Shown: positions 46,417 to 56,237 of the stretch, piece after piece
Layout of the letters: every line of letters starts with the position of its first letter
Numbering within the stretch: the stretch's first letter is position 1
Source: Anaerohalosphaeraceae bacterium
Lineage (GTDB): Bacteria > Planctomycetota > Phycisphaerae > Sedimentisphaerales > Anaerohalosphaeraceae
Reading direction: 5' to 3'
Assembly (NCBI GenBank): GCA_040306945.1
Contig: JAWRKM010000054.1
Location: forward strand, 3,056 to 67,055
DNA length: 64,000 bases
Program-made: the position numbers and the translations under genes
The notes under the pieces: generated by a model
What the model was told of the DNA's origin: nothing
The model's input: only the letters and a program-made list of their open reading frames with translations
The model's database searches: none

Positions 46417-47151
46417 ATGCCAGATACACGCTTACACAGAGGAAAAGCCCCGGAGGATGACTATTTATTCGGCCCGGAAATGATCGATTTACTGTGCCGG
46501 GCAACGACGGATTTGTCGTTATTGCTGAGCCGGGGATATGCCCTAAAAAGCTCGCTGATGCTCGTCGGCGACCGCTACAACCTGACTGCCCGGCAGCGTG
46601 TTGCTGTTGGACGCTGTGCCTGCTCCGACCAGCAGCTGGCCGGACGGAATAAAACCCAATACTCAGCAATATCTATCCAGAACAAAACCCTCTTATTGGA
46701 TGGCTACAATATTCTTATCACGCTGGAATCGGCCCTGAGCGGAGGCTATATTTTCCGGGGACGTGACGGCTGCATCCGCGACCTGGCCGGAATCCACGGA
46801 ACCTATCGCAAAGTAACCGAAACCATCCCTGCCCTTGAACTGATTGGCCAGACCTTAAAAACGCTGAATATTCAAAAAGCTGTCTGGTATCTGGATAGTC
46901 CCGTGTCCAATTCCGGGCGACTGAAAACGATCCTGGGCTCACTATTCCGAAATTATCCATTTGAAAATGAGATTCAACTGATACCCAATCCGGATAAAGA
47001 GCTCGCTGCGGCTGAGCACTGCATTGCCACCAGCGACAGTGCTATACTCGATCAGTGTCAGCCATGGTTTAATCTCAGTGCCTGCCTGATCGAACACCTT
47101 GTTCAGCAGGGCATACCAGCAGCATTGATCGACCTGTCACAGTGCGCATAA
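46417..47151 (+). CDS. DUF434 domain-containing protein
   Basis: HRGKAPED, LLSRGY, VGDRYNL..RQR, LDGYNILIT, DGCIRDLAGIHGTYR, LDSPVSNSGRL, ATSDSAILD. Confidence 0.85.
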   Translation: MPDTRLHRGKAPEDDYLFGPEMIDLLCRATTDLSLLLSRGYALKSSLMLVGDRYNLTARQRVAVGRCACSDQQLAGRNKTQYSAISIQNKTLLLDGYNILITLESALSGGYIFRGRDGCIRDLAGIHGTYRKVTETIPALELIGQTLKTLNIQKAVWYLDSPVSNSGRLKTILGSLFRNYPFENEIQLIPNPDKELAAAEHCIATSDSAILDQCQPWFNLSACLIEHLVQQGIPAALIDLSQCA

Positions 47152-47182
47152 AAAAGCCCCGAAAACCTGAGGCCTTCGGGGC
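47150..47182 (-). terminator. Terminator of the T2SS operon
   Basis: GCCCCGAA/TTCGGGGC stem with A6 on the left, which is the U-tract on the minus strand. Confidence 0.8.
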
Positions 47183-47211
47183 ATTGCAGCTTTTACCTGA
47201 AAGATGCCGGT

Positions 47212-50200
47212 TTACAAGGCATTGGGGTCGCTGAACATCTGCCTTGCTCTATCAGCCAGATCCGTAATAATTTTATCACGCAGGATGATGTTTTTATCAA
47301 TGATATCCTTGTGATCCGCGGATACTGGAATTTCTCGCCGCATCACTTCGTCAAATACATACGGCGTTACGAATACCAGCAGCTCGGTATTGGACAGGGT
47401 TGCCTTGGTATGACTAAACAAAGCCCCAAGCACCGGAATATCGCCCAGCAGCGGCACTTTATTGACAACCTGATTGTCGTTCTGGAACAGAATACCGCCC
47501 AGCATAATCGACTGACCATCAGATACAATCAGACGAGTAGTGGTATCCAGATTTTTACGGGGATACTGTCCGTTAATCAGCGTCAACAACTCCATTTCTG
47601 AGATGTTCAGATTGATGGTCATATCAACCGCCTTCTCAGGTGTGATATTGGGACGAACACGCAGTGTAATACCCACATTTTCATAGGTAAAAGTCCGGCT
47701 TGTGTTGTTCAAGTTGGAACTATCGGACTGTTCGCCTTCAATAAAGGCGACTTTTTGCCCTTTGACAAAAATCGCTTCTTCGTTATCTTTGGTCCACAGC
47801 GTAGGCTGGTTCAAGACACGACCCTGGGTCTTTTTAATTAGAAAATCCACAAGGGCATAAATGTCAATCGTGGTGTCCAGGCGTGTGCCGGTGGTGACAG
47901 TATTCGTCGAACCGCTGGCTGTCAAATTCGAAGTTGACGTCTTTTCGACATTTTGCAAAGCGTTCAGGAAGCTGATGCCATTAATCCCGGTATCGCCGAA
48001 AGCCTGAGGATTGGATGACAGCATCACACCCAGACTGCTGTTATCTTCCAGGTTGATTTCCACAATCACTACCTTGATCATCACCTGCATGCCGGGCTGG
48101 TCCAGCGACTCAATCATCCGGGTAATATCGTCCACATACTCCGCCGGGGCCATCACTAAGATCGCCTTGCTGCGCTGAACCGGCACAAAACGGACCTTGC
48201 CTATCAGATTGCTCGGAGGCAGTTGATCGGTGGTTCGCTGCTGACGGGTCCACCAGGGGGTTATCGACGATGATGACGATTCTGAGGCATTGACTGCTGC
48301 ACCCTGTTTTTCTGCATCATAACTGCTTAACCCCTTGGCCGAACGAGGAATCGTCGTCGGCGTTCCTGCTTCATTGAAGATGGAGTTCAGCTGATCGCAG
48401 AGCGATTCGCAGTCGGCATATTTGAGCACCACCACATGCGGAACCTCCCCTCGTTCCTGCCCATCAAGCTGATTGACCAGCCGCTCAATAACCTCATAGG
48501 CTTCGGGAATCTTGCTGATGACAATCAGCTTCTTGGTATCCGGCACCGGCTCAAACGTCAATAATCCGTACAACGAACCCACGATTTTTTGTTTCGATTC
48601 AACAGAATCTCCCAGCAGCATTCGCATCAGATTGCTGCTCGACCCGGTGCTGCTGCTACTGCTGTCGGAACTGAAAAGCTTATTGAGCAGTTCGGCCATT
48701 TTTACCGGGTCAGAATTCTGCAGCGTCAGAATACGGTACTGATCCTTCTGAATGTCCAGAGGAATATCCCATTCCTGCTCTATCTGCCGGGCAATTTTCT
48801 CCATATTGAGTTCCGACGCAATCACGGTCACCTGCTTTTGCGTGGGATAGGAAATCACCTTGACTTCATTTTTGGGATCTGTCCGAACCCGGCTGGTGTC
48901 ATAGTAGGCATAGGAACGACTTGTTGTAGTACTGGTCTGACTGTATAAACCTTCAATATTTTGTTTGATCTGATCCGGATCGGCATGCTTGAGCTTGAAG
49001 GTCCGTTCAACAAAATAATCCCCGCTGGGCAGGTCGATCTGGGCAATCATTTTCTCGACCATGGTACGTCCCTCTTCGTCGCCGAAGATTACAATCTGCT
49101 TGGACGCCTCAAGCCCCTCGACCACAACCGGTGCCTTGCCCTTGACCGACGGCATGTCGCGCAGGGTTCTGTTAATCATGGTAACCACTTCGCTTACGCT
49201 GGCATAAATTACCGGCACCACCGTCTGCTGGGGAGATGCAATCTCAGCCAGGTCCAGCTTCTTGACCCATTCGGCAATGCGTTTCATATCCTCTCGATTG
49301 GCCCGGGCAATAATCCACCGCTGCTTGGCAACAGGGATCAGCCGAATGGGCGTTGTCGTGCCCTGGATGACAACAGAGGTCAAGGTTTGTGTCTGTGCCC
49401 GCGATGAACTGCCGCCAGACCGTCCATAAGAAGATTGTCCCTGCTGTCCCTGCTGCGGCTGCTGAGAAGTTCCGCTGGTAGTGGTACGTGTGGCCTGCCG
49501 CTGTGCCTGGTCACTGAGTATCAGCTCCATCACGGAAACAATCTCTTCCGGATTGCCGTATTCCACTTCGAAAACCTGCTCAACCATCTGCTCGGATTCG
49601 GGAATATCCAGCTCCTTGATGATCTTTTCGATACGCAGCAGGTTATCCACCGTATCAATTATGGCAACCCGACCGGTGTTTTCATCAGCCATTGCGTACC
49701 CGTGTTCACCCACCAGCGGTTTGATCATTTCAACCAGATTGCTGGGCCTGTAATTATACATCTGGAACCACTTTTCCACCATGCTGGTCTTGTCCTGAAC
49801 CCGGGCCAGTGGTTCATCCACACCCAGGGTTGGGATCGCCCCCAGCTTGGCAGTCAATATCGGACGCAGGATAATCCGCTGTTCCCCCTGGTCAGCGATC
49901 ACACCCCGGGACTGCAATGCCATAAATATCAGTCCCAGAGCCTGGGTACGGGTCACACGCTGCGGCGAATACACCGTAATCCGAGTCTGCATCACCTCAT
50001 CAGAAGCCGGAATAATCGCTTTGCCGGTCCAGTCGCCCAGCATTTTAATAATGTTTCGCATTTCAACATTGTTGAGATTCAGCGATTCGGTCGGTTCATT
50101 GGGATCGCCCGGAGCTGTCATCGGACGAATATCAAAACCCATACCGCGGGCAAACTGCTGTCCACGCTCTATCATCCGCTGCCGCTCTTCCTGGGTCATC

Positions 50201-50466
50201 GAGGAAAAATCAAACGAAAACCCGCCCCCCTGACCGCCGCCCATCCCTCCGCCGCGACGGTTACCGCGTCCAAATCGCCCTTCTTCCATCGGACGCTGAT
50301 TCGGATCGGCCGGACGTGCCAAATTGGCGTCCTGGAACCCTCCCTCTGCTGCCGGAGCGGCTGGCGTATTAACATCCCTGACTTCGGTCTGAGTTTCTGC
50401 GATAGTGATGCAGATCAGAACAATAATGCCTGCGGCAATTCCAATACATACATTTCTCAGTTTCAA
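47212..50466 (-). CDS. gspD: Type II secretion secretin
   Basis: Signal peptide, repeated secretin N domains (LKHADP, LQNSDP, LKYAD), QVMIKVVIVE, C-terminal VPLLGDIPVLGALF...TELLVFVTP. Confidence 0.92.
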   Translation of the reverse strand: MKLRNVCIGIAAGIIVLICITIAETQTEVRDVNTPAAPAAEGGFQDANLARPADPNQRPMEEGRFGRGNRRGGGMGGGQGGGFSFDFSSMTQEERQRMIERGQQFARGMGFDIRPMTAPGDPNEPTESLNLNNVEMRNIIKMLGDWTGKAIIPASDEVMQTRITVYSPQRVTRTQALGLIFMALQSRGVIADQGEQRIILRPILTAKLGAIPTLGVDEPLARVQDKTSMVEKWFQMYNYRPSNLVEMIKPLVGEHGYAMADENTGRVAIIDTVDNLLRIEKIIKELDIPESEQMVEQVFEVEYGNPEEIVSVMELILSDQAQRQATRTTTSGTSQQPQQGQQGQSSYGRSGGSSSRAQTQTLTSVVIQGTTTPIRLIPVAKQRWIIARANREDMKRIAEWVKKLDLAEIASPQQTVVPVIYASVSEVVTMINRTLRDMPSVKGKAPVVVEGLEASKQIVIFGDEEGRTMVEKMIAQIDLPSGDYFVERTFKLKHADPDQIKQNIEGLYSQTSTTTSRSYAYYDTSRVRTDPKNEVKVISYPTQKQVTVIASELNMEKIARQIEQEWDIPLDIQKDQYRILTLQNSDPVKMAELLNKLFSSDSSSSSTGSSSNLMRMLLGDSVESKQKIVGSLYGLLTFEPVPDTKKLIVISKIPEAYEVIERLVNQLDGQERGEVPHVVVLKYADCESLCDQLNSIFNEAGTPTTIPRSAKGLSSYDAEKQGAAVNASESSSSSITPWWTRQQRTTDQLPPSNLIGKVRFVPVQRSKAILVMAPAEYVDDITRMIESLDQPGMQVMIKVVIVEINLEDNSSLGVMLSSNPQAFGDTGINGISFLNALQNVEKTSTSNLTASGSTNTVTTGTRLDTTIDIYALVDFLIKKTQGRVLNQPTLWTKDNEEAIFVKGQKVAFIEGEQSDSSNLNNTSRTFTYENVGITLRVRPNITPEKAVDMTINLNISEMELLTLINGQYPRKNLDTTTRLIVSDGQSIMLGGILFQNDNQVVNKVPLLGDIPVLGALFSHTKATLSNTELLVFVTPYVFDEVMRREIPVSADHKDIIDKNIILRDKIITDLADRARQMFSDPNAL

Positions 50467-50477
50467 GGCTTATCTCC

Positions 50478-51224
50478 TTATTGCATGGGTAGTGTACGAT
50501 TTCTTCGAAATTCTTCAAACGCTGCGCGACGCTCTTCCGGCGACATATTCATAAAACGATCCCGCATCTGCCCCAGTTCCTCATTGGACATTCTCCGGAA
50601 ATCAAAGCCCCCTCCCGGACCGCCTCCCATCATCATACCGGGAGGTCCCATACGGGGTGCTTCTGCGGAGGTCACTCCTGCAGCATCTGCAGGACGCGGT
50701 CCGGCGGACGGTTCGGCCCGGGCGGTTTCACCGCGACGGCCAAAACCTTGCCCCTGTCCCTGACTGCGACTGCCATAGTCAACCGCCACATCAAAGGGAC
50801 GCAAGACCTGTTCCTGATTTTGCCAGGATATCCTGACTTCTGTCGGGGTGATTTCCAGAATTTTGGCCCCATTGAATTCATCCCCGGTTTTCTTCCACTC
50901 CTGGCCAAATAACGCATAGTCTCCCAGAATCGCCAGGCATTGCGGAAGGGGCGGTGTTGCCGCAGGTCCGGCAAACGGGCTTCGCATGCGCATCGCTTCC
51001 AGAGTTTCATTTTTGATGGGCTTGGCTTCAGCAAACTGCTTTTCCATGACCAGATAGCGTTCAATCGCCTGGTCCACACGACCGGACAGACCAGAGACAG
51101 TAATCCCATAGGAAGCAACCACCCAGACCAGTCCTATCGCCGGGCACACCCACAGATAACGGATTACCGTTTGTCCAATACCACCGGCAAGCCAGTGTTT
51201 GATTGTATGCATTGCTCTTGTCAT
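50478..51224 (-). CDS. T2SS accessory protein (GspC-like position; TM helix, small beta domain, disordered tail)
   Basis: TM helix, then LAILGDYALF...KILEITPTEVRISWQNQEQVL (HR-like domain), then a G/M/P-rich tail; lies directly upstream of gspD. Confidence 0.55.
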   Translation of the reverse strand: MTRAMHTIKHWLAGGIGQTVIRYLWVCPAIGLVWVVASYGITVSGLSGRVDQAIERYLVMEKQFAEAKPIKNETLEAMRMRSPFAGPAATPPLPQCLAILGDYALFGQEWKKTGDEFNGAKILEITPTEVRISWQNQEQVLRPFDVAVDYGSRSQGQGQGFGRRGETARAEPSAGPRPADAAGVTSAEAPRMGPPGMMMGGGPGGGFDFRRMSNEELGQMRDRFMNMSPEERRAAFEEFRRNRTLPMQ

Positions 51225-51781
51225 AACACTTTTGCACTCCCTCGGAAGGTGGATACCGTAAAGGTGAAATCCAGTTCCTGCCGATTTCGTTCGTCCACGC
51301 GAAGCGTCAGTTCTTCAACGCCGACATAATAGGGATTCTTTTTTAATTCTTCCAGCAGCCTCATCATCGCCGGAAACTGACACCGGCCGCGGCATTGCAG
51401 CATGATAACGCTGGATGCATTGGGACCTGTCGCCGAACCCGTCTGAAACTGAAAATTCTTGACCTGAATGCCGGCCTGTTGAATCTGTTTGGTCAGCTGG
51501 TCACGCAGAAGCTGAACCTGCTTGTCCGGTTCCACCGGCATCTCCAGCACCGGCACCGCAGCAGTCAGACTCTTTAATTTCATGGCTTCCACGCTGCCTT
51601 CCTCGGCCAGCAGCATCGACAGGTTCTGACGCTGCTGTCGAAGGCGGCTACGAACCTCTCCGGCCTTCAGCAGCAGCGGCTCAGCGATCAAAAAGTAAAT
51701 CACCATCAGCCCGCCTGTCACAACACAAAACAGTGCTGTTTTTCTTTCCCGCGGATTCAGTTTGTCAAGGTATGTCATCAT
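51221..51781 (-). CDS. gspM: T2SS GspM/PilO-like protein
   Basis: LNPRERK + TM helix + coiled coil + ferredoxin-like C-terminus; position after the GspL-like gene. Confidence 0.7.
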   Translation of the reverse strand: MMTYLDKLNPRERKTALFCVVTGGLMVIYFLIAEPLLLKAGEVRSRLRQQRQNLSMLLAEEGSVEAMKLKSLTAAVPVLEMPVEPDKQVQLLRDQLTKQIQQAGIQVKNFQFQTGSATGPNASSVIMLQCRGRCQFPAMMRLLEELKKNPYYVGVEELTLRVDERNRQELDFTFTVSTFRGSAKVL

Positions 51782-53172
51782 GATCGCGTAAAATTCCTGT
51801 AAGCTAAGGTTATCGTAAACTGCACCTGACTTCGCCGTTCATCCAGCGTCGGAGAAATCAGCTTGACATCTTTGAAACAGGCCTGCTCCTGCAATTTCTT
51901 GTGGAATGCATTGACTTGTTCGAACGAACGAGCCTTGGCGGCAATTCGAACCGGCTGACCTTTCTTGAAACTGATGCTGTCCAGCAGCATGTCCCTGTCC
52001 ATGCAGCTTCCAATCGCCGCCAGCATCTCCAGCATATCCGGACGAGCCTTGGAAATACGATCACGCATTTGCTGGCGCGCCAGAATAGCCTGGCCCGTGG
52101 TGCCGTGATACTCGGTGGACAAAATCCGCTCAATCACCTCCAGTTCCCGGGCCGATGTCCAATACACCGCCCCCAGCAATAAAACCACAAAGAACACCGC
52201 AGCAGCAAGGCCTCGAACCAGTATTTTTTTATCCACTACAGCATCATCGACCGCCTCAGTCTTGGGCAGACGGATAAAATCATAGGCCGGCTCCTGCTCA
52301 TCCAGAGCCGCCATCGCAAGGCCTATGGTTTCAGGATGATTACGGATTTCCGTCAGCTTATCCCGAATCCCCAGGGCCGTAACTTTGTTGTCCGACAGAC
52401 GCCATCGCTGCACGGGCCGCCCTCCCTGGGCCAGATCCCGGCATAACGCCGCAGCAATCTCCTCTTCACCCGTGACATAAACCGGGGTGCTCTTGGGCAA
52501 TTCCATCGTATCCATCACCGCGGCCAAATCATGTGCAATCACTGTCGTCAAAGACAGGTCCTCCACATCCACCGCCGCCGCCCGCACCAGCTTTTCTCCC
52601 TCGGACACCGCCAGAATACAGCTATGCTTGCGAATCTGAATCAGGACACATTTTTCCGTCGTGCTCTCAAACACGCCCGCCCATCCCTTTACCAGACCCA
52701 CAGCATCCGGCAGAATCGATGCCACTCGCCCGGGAACCAGATTACACAATTCCTGACAATAAGTCTTCCGTACCACCGCCAGACACCCATCCTGCGTAGC
52801 ACCATCCTGTTTGACCATCCTCCAGGTAAAGGCTGCCTGGGACAATGGCATCGGCAACAAAGTCTCCGCCTGGGCATGAATGACGGCCCTCAGCCTGGCC
52901 CCTTCTACCAGGGGGGCCTTAAACGCAAAAAAGACCGTCTGGGTCGTATCTGCCCCCACACAAACCAGCGTCGTATCTTCTTCCGGGTTCGATTTGCTGC
53001 CAGACAGTTTTTCAACCTCAGACGCCAGTTTCGCCGCATCTGACACGGTCACATATCCGCTCATCCGAAAACCCGCCGCCGTTTTTTCAACCAGACTCAG
53101 AGTCCAACCTGTGTTATCCACGGCTTTCAGGATGCCAATTGCTTTGGAATATACTTTCGTCTCGTTATTCAA
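51778..53172 (-). CDS. gspL: T2SS GspL-like (PilM/PilN-type) protein
   Basis: Cytoplasmic actin-like region (AETLLPMPL), single TM helix, PilN-like periplasmic part; TTG start overlaps the gspK stop. Confidence 0.7.
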   Translation of the reverse strand: MNNETKVYSKAIGILKAVDNTGWTLSLVEKTAAGFRMSGYVTVSDAAKLASEVEKLSGSKSNPEEDTTLVCVGADTTQTVFFAFKAPLVEGARLRAVIHAQAETLLPMPLSQAAFTWRMVKQDGATQDGCLAVVRKTYCQELCNLVPGRVASILPDAVGLVKGWAGVFESTTEKCVLIQIRKHSCILAVSEGEKLVRAAAVDVEDLSLTTVIAHDLAAVMDTMELPKSTPVYVTGEEEIAAALCRDLAQGGRPVQRWRLSDNKVTALGIRDKLTEIRNHPETIGLAMAALDEQEPAYDFIRLPKTEAVDDAVVDKKILVRGLAAAVFFVVLLLGAVYWTSARELEVIERILSTEYHGTTGQAILARQQMRDRISKARPDMLEMLAAIGSCMDRDMLLDSISFKKGQPVRIAAKARSFEQVNAFHKKLQEQACFKDVKLISPTLDERRSQVQFTITLAYRNFTRS

Positions 53173-54956
53173 ATGCCTACTCCCTCGACTTGATAAAGGA
53201 TTTCTCGACCTTCCCGGTCCCGATTCACAACCATTTCTATTGTATAACTAACCCCGCTGACCGACGAGGTCGATGTTGCGCGGATCATATACACACTGGA
53301 ACGCACACAAAACAGATCGATATACTGCCGTAAAATATCCTGTGTCATCCCATCCACATTAATTAAATCCCCCACACTGGTAATTTGCCCACCCATACTG
53401 TCACGGTAATTAATAATCTTGGCCGCCAGGTCATCATTGCCGCCAAGAAAAGCACGAAGGACTTCAAAGCTGACCGTGTTGACATTGATCTGGCCGGTAA
53501 TTGTTGTATTGTTTGATACCGTAACCTGGTCCAGAATCCGACTGAATGTCGCCCAGTCCAGAGCTTGTGCCTGAACATCGGTTTGTCCGGCCGCCGGCGA
53601 AGTCACACCGCCGCGACCACCGCCCTGCATCCCGCCCCCCTGGCCCGGACGGCCCATACCCCCACCCGGACCGCCTTGACCACCAGGACCACCGCCGGGA
53701 CGTCCACCCATCCCGCCGCCCGGACCGCCACCTTGACCACCCCCCGGCCCACCACCGGGGCGACCGCCCATACCACCGCCCGGACGCCCCCCACCCATGC
53801 CGCCACCGGGACGACCGCCCCCCATTCCGCCACCCTGGCCGCCGCCAGGACCACCTTGACCGCCACCGGGACGACCACCCATTCCGCCGCCTTGACCACC
53901 ACCAGGGCGTCCCCTGCCGCCCTGGCCAGGAGCCTGCCCGCCACCTGACGATGGGCCGGACCCGGCATCCGCCGCCAGCAGGGCCGGGGAGACATTCATC
54001 ATAGAATACTGGATCATCTGCTGGTCATGCTCAGAGTAGGTCCCCGCCAAAGGCATCAGCGGCCCAATCAGACCACTGATGCGTCCCGGAGTCTGGGTGC
54101 CTGAAGAATTTCGTTGCCCGCCGCCAGTCGTTCCGCTGCCGCCTGGGGTACCACCCGTTCCACCGCTCGTTCCGGTACCGCTTGAGGTACCCAGCAGATC
54201 GGCAAGCGAACGAAATTGCCGGTTTTGCACAATCCAGCGGGCCTGTGCCTGGGTAATCGACAACTGACTAACCATGTCACTTTCGCTGGCAGAATTCACG
54301 TTAATTCGCTGATTACCGCTGGCATCAACATTATTCGTAGCCGAAAAACAGGTTAAATACCGGCTCCATCCGCCCTTGCCGAGGGTGCGGTTGTTTTCAC
54401 CATAAAATAAATCTTCGGTAACACCACGCACACGAAGGAGTTCACGCGGCGTCCTGAAATTGGCATTCCGGCACTGATATCCGATCGGAAGATTCAAATA
54501 ATAACCGCTTTCGGCTCCATTGGTTTCGGCTTCTTCATTCCGATCCCGCCAGTCAATAATGCTGTCGGCAATCGTCTCATTCATATTCTCGCTATCCAGC
54601 GCCAGCAGTTGTGCCGCAGAAGCGGTGTTGATATTCAGCTTGGAACATTCATCGGTAATCGTCACCGTATACGTCCCGCCGGTCAACATAACATTCTCCA
54701 GCTCTGTCGTGTCGATCGCCCAGTCATCCAGGAGGCTGTCGATCTCTTTGGCATCCTCTTTCAGATACGCCAGTGCGGTTTCGGCTCCGGCCCGTGCCAT
54801 CCATCGACAGCGGATTTTTTCCACCGAAGACAAACTGATGCGGCTGTCCAGACGACTGTTCTGGGCGCCAACGGCCAGAATCGCCATCATCACCACCAGC
54901 ATCCACATCACTCCGGCCAGCACGGTACCGGCTTGTTTGTCACGTTTAGACGCCAT
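53169..54956 (-). CDS. gspK: T2SS minor pseudopilin GspK with HhH motifs and Gly-rich insertions
   Basis: KQAG-TVL cleavage site (no E5), DECSKLNINTA, IIDWRD, ELLRVRGV, HhH-like INVNT...IINYR. Confidence 0.88.
   Translation of the reverse strand: MASKRDKQAGTVLAGVMWMLVVMMAILAVGAQNSRLDSRISLSSVEKIRCRWMARAGAETALAYLKEDAKEIDSLLDDWAIDTTELENVMLTGGTYTVTITDECSKLNINTASAAQLLALDSENMNETIADSIIDWRDRNEEAETNGAESGYYLNLPIGYQCRNANFRTPRELLRVRGVTEDLFYGENNRTLGKGGWSRYLTCFSATNNVDASGNQRINVNSASESDMVSQLSITQAQARWIVQNRQFRSLADLLGTSSGTGTSGGTGGTPGGSGTTGGGQRNSSGTQTPGRISGLIGPLMPLAGTYSEHDQQMIQYSMMNVSPALLAADAGSGPSSGGGQAPGQGGRGRPGGGQGGGMGGRPGGGQGGPGGGQGGGMGGGRPGGGMGGGRPGGGMGGRPGGGPGGGQGGGPGGGMGGRPGGGPGGQGGPGGGMGRPGQGGGMQGGGRGGVTSPAAGQTDVQAQALDWATFSRILDQVTVSNNTTITGQINVNTVSFEVLRAFLGGNDDLAAKIINYRDSMGGQITSVGDLINVDGMTQDILRQYIDLFCVRSSVYMIRATSTSSVSGVSYTIEMVVNRDREGREILYQVEGVGI
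53607..53965 (-). repeat. Protein-level GGGM(G)GRPGG low-complexity repeat within gspK
   Basis: Seven RPG and six GGGMG units in about 120 aa; synonymous codons differ between units. Confidence 0.9.
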
Positions 54957-54963
54957 AATTCGT

Positions 54964-55713
54964 TTATAATCCTATACTACCGCTATCCATCGTGCCACTG
55001 TCCAGGCTTCCGCTTTCGGCCTGCTCCCACTCAAAATTTGCAGCATCCACTTCGTCAGTAAACTGCCCCTGTTTGAACCCCACCGCAACCTGTCGGGAAT
55101 AAATTTTCTGCTTGAGGGTCCCGGCCTGACCGACCGCCAGATTGACTAAAACAAGCTGCGGCGGACGCATATTTTCCGATGACCACTGGTCTGTCCAGTT
55201 GCCGCTGTCAAAATACCGGACATCAAAGGCCACAATCGAACTGGCAACCACTTCCAGAATACCGCCATCGGAGGTTTCTGTCGCCGTCTGCGAATCAAGC
55301 CCGACAATCGGGCAGACACGCCGCATCAGCGTTCGAGCCTGCTTATCTTCGGTGATGAAATATTCCACTTCGTACAATTCGGACTCCGGCTGATCCAGTC
55401 GGGCCTTGATACGGCTAAACGTCCGAAAAATCAGGCGGGGCGTAGCAACCGAACCAGTCTGATCAATCAGTCCTTCGAACCGAATGGCGTTACCAAACGG
55501 ACGGACATTACTCAAATCCGTGCGCAGTTGCTCCGCCGCGTTACGCAGTTCATCCACGGTCTCACTGTGTTGATCAATCGCACTGCGGGCCGCAGTAACA
55601 CTGCGAAGACCTGACAAGGCCACCAGGGCAATAAATGCCCCCAGCGTTGCGGAAATCAGCATTTCCAGCAGCGTAAATGCTTTTCTGGAATGACTTGTCG
55701 TCTTCATCTTCAT
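54964..55713 (-). CDS. gspJ: T2SS minor pseudopilin GspJ
   Basis: SRKA-FTLLEML prepilin site; true start MKMKTT at 55713 overlaps the gspI stop (ATGA). Confidence 0.85.
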   Translation of the reverse strand: MKMKTTSHSRKAFTLLEMLISATLGAFIALVALSGLRSVTAARSAIDQHSETVDELRNAAEQLRTDLSNVRPFGNAIRFEGLIDQTGSVATPRLIFRTFSRIKARLDQPESELYEVEYFITEDKQARTLMRRVCPIVGLDSQTATETSDGGILEVVASSIVAFDVRYFDSGNWTDQWSSENMRPPQLVLVNLAVGQAGTLKQKIYSRQVAVGFKQGQFTDEVDAANFEWEQAESGSLDSGTMDSGSIGL

Positions 55714-56237
55714 CGTGTCGTCCTTGTTCCGCCGGTGGAAGTCCCGCCGGCTCCCATGGTGCCCATCGTACCGGTTGAGCCTGTTCCGGTAGCAGTGCCT
55801 GTCCCTGTTCCGGTCGTCGTGGACGGTGTTGTACTTGTACTGGCCGTCTCTGCTGCGGCACGCAGCCGGGTATCGCACTGAACCCGCCGTACACGATTTT
55901 CCGAGACCCATTCCACCGTCATCCTCAGACTGTACAGTTGTTCTATACCCAGCGGTTCCAGCACAGCCTGCCATCGCCACTGCATCCCGCTATGCGGATC
56001 ATTAATCACCCCGGACAAATTCGGATTGCTAATCAGCGATTGAATACCAATCTGGTCCAGTAGAACCATCTGACGGTCCAGCATATCCCATGCTTTTTCA
56101 TATTCCTGATGAATTCGCAGCGACGAAAGGCTCCTGGCTCCCAGAGCGCAGATGGTCACTGTAGCCGTGGCCAGCAGTCCTGCGGCAACCACCACTTCAA
56201 TCAAACTGAATCCCTTGTGTCGTCTGTTGGTCATCAT
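55710..56237 (-). CDS. gspI: T2SS minor pseudopilin GspI with Thr/Gly-rich tail
   Basis: RHKG-FSLIEVVV prepilin site; position in the cluster. Confidence 0.82.
   Translation of the reverse strand: MMTNRRHKGFSLIEVVVAAGLLATATVTICALGARSLSSLRIHQEYEKAWDMLDRQMVLLDQIGIQSLISNPNLSGVINDPHSGMQWRWQAVLEPLGIEQLYSLRMTVEWVSENRVRRVQCDTRLRAAAETASTSTTPSTTTGTGTGTATGTGSTGTMGTMGAGGTSTGGTRTTR

Noticed and set aside
49435-50763. 442-aa plus-strand ORF
   Set aside because: It is the antisense shadow of gspD and the GspC-like gene.
53607-53965. Repeated units as a possible CRISPR array or DNA VNTR
   Set aside because: The units are in-frame coding, of variable length and synonymously diverged; there are no spacers or cas genes.
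55714-55980. N-terminal 89 aa of the 338-aa ORF in the track
   Set aside because: It is an off-frame overlap with gspI; the prepilin site shows that GspJ starts at 55713.
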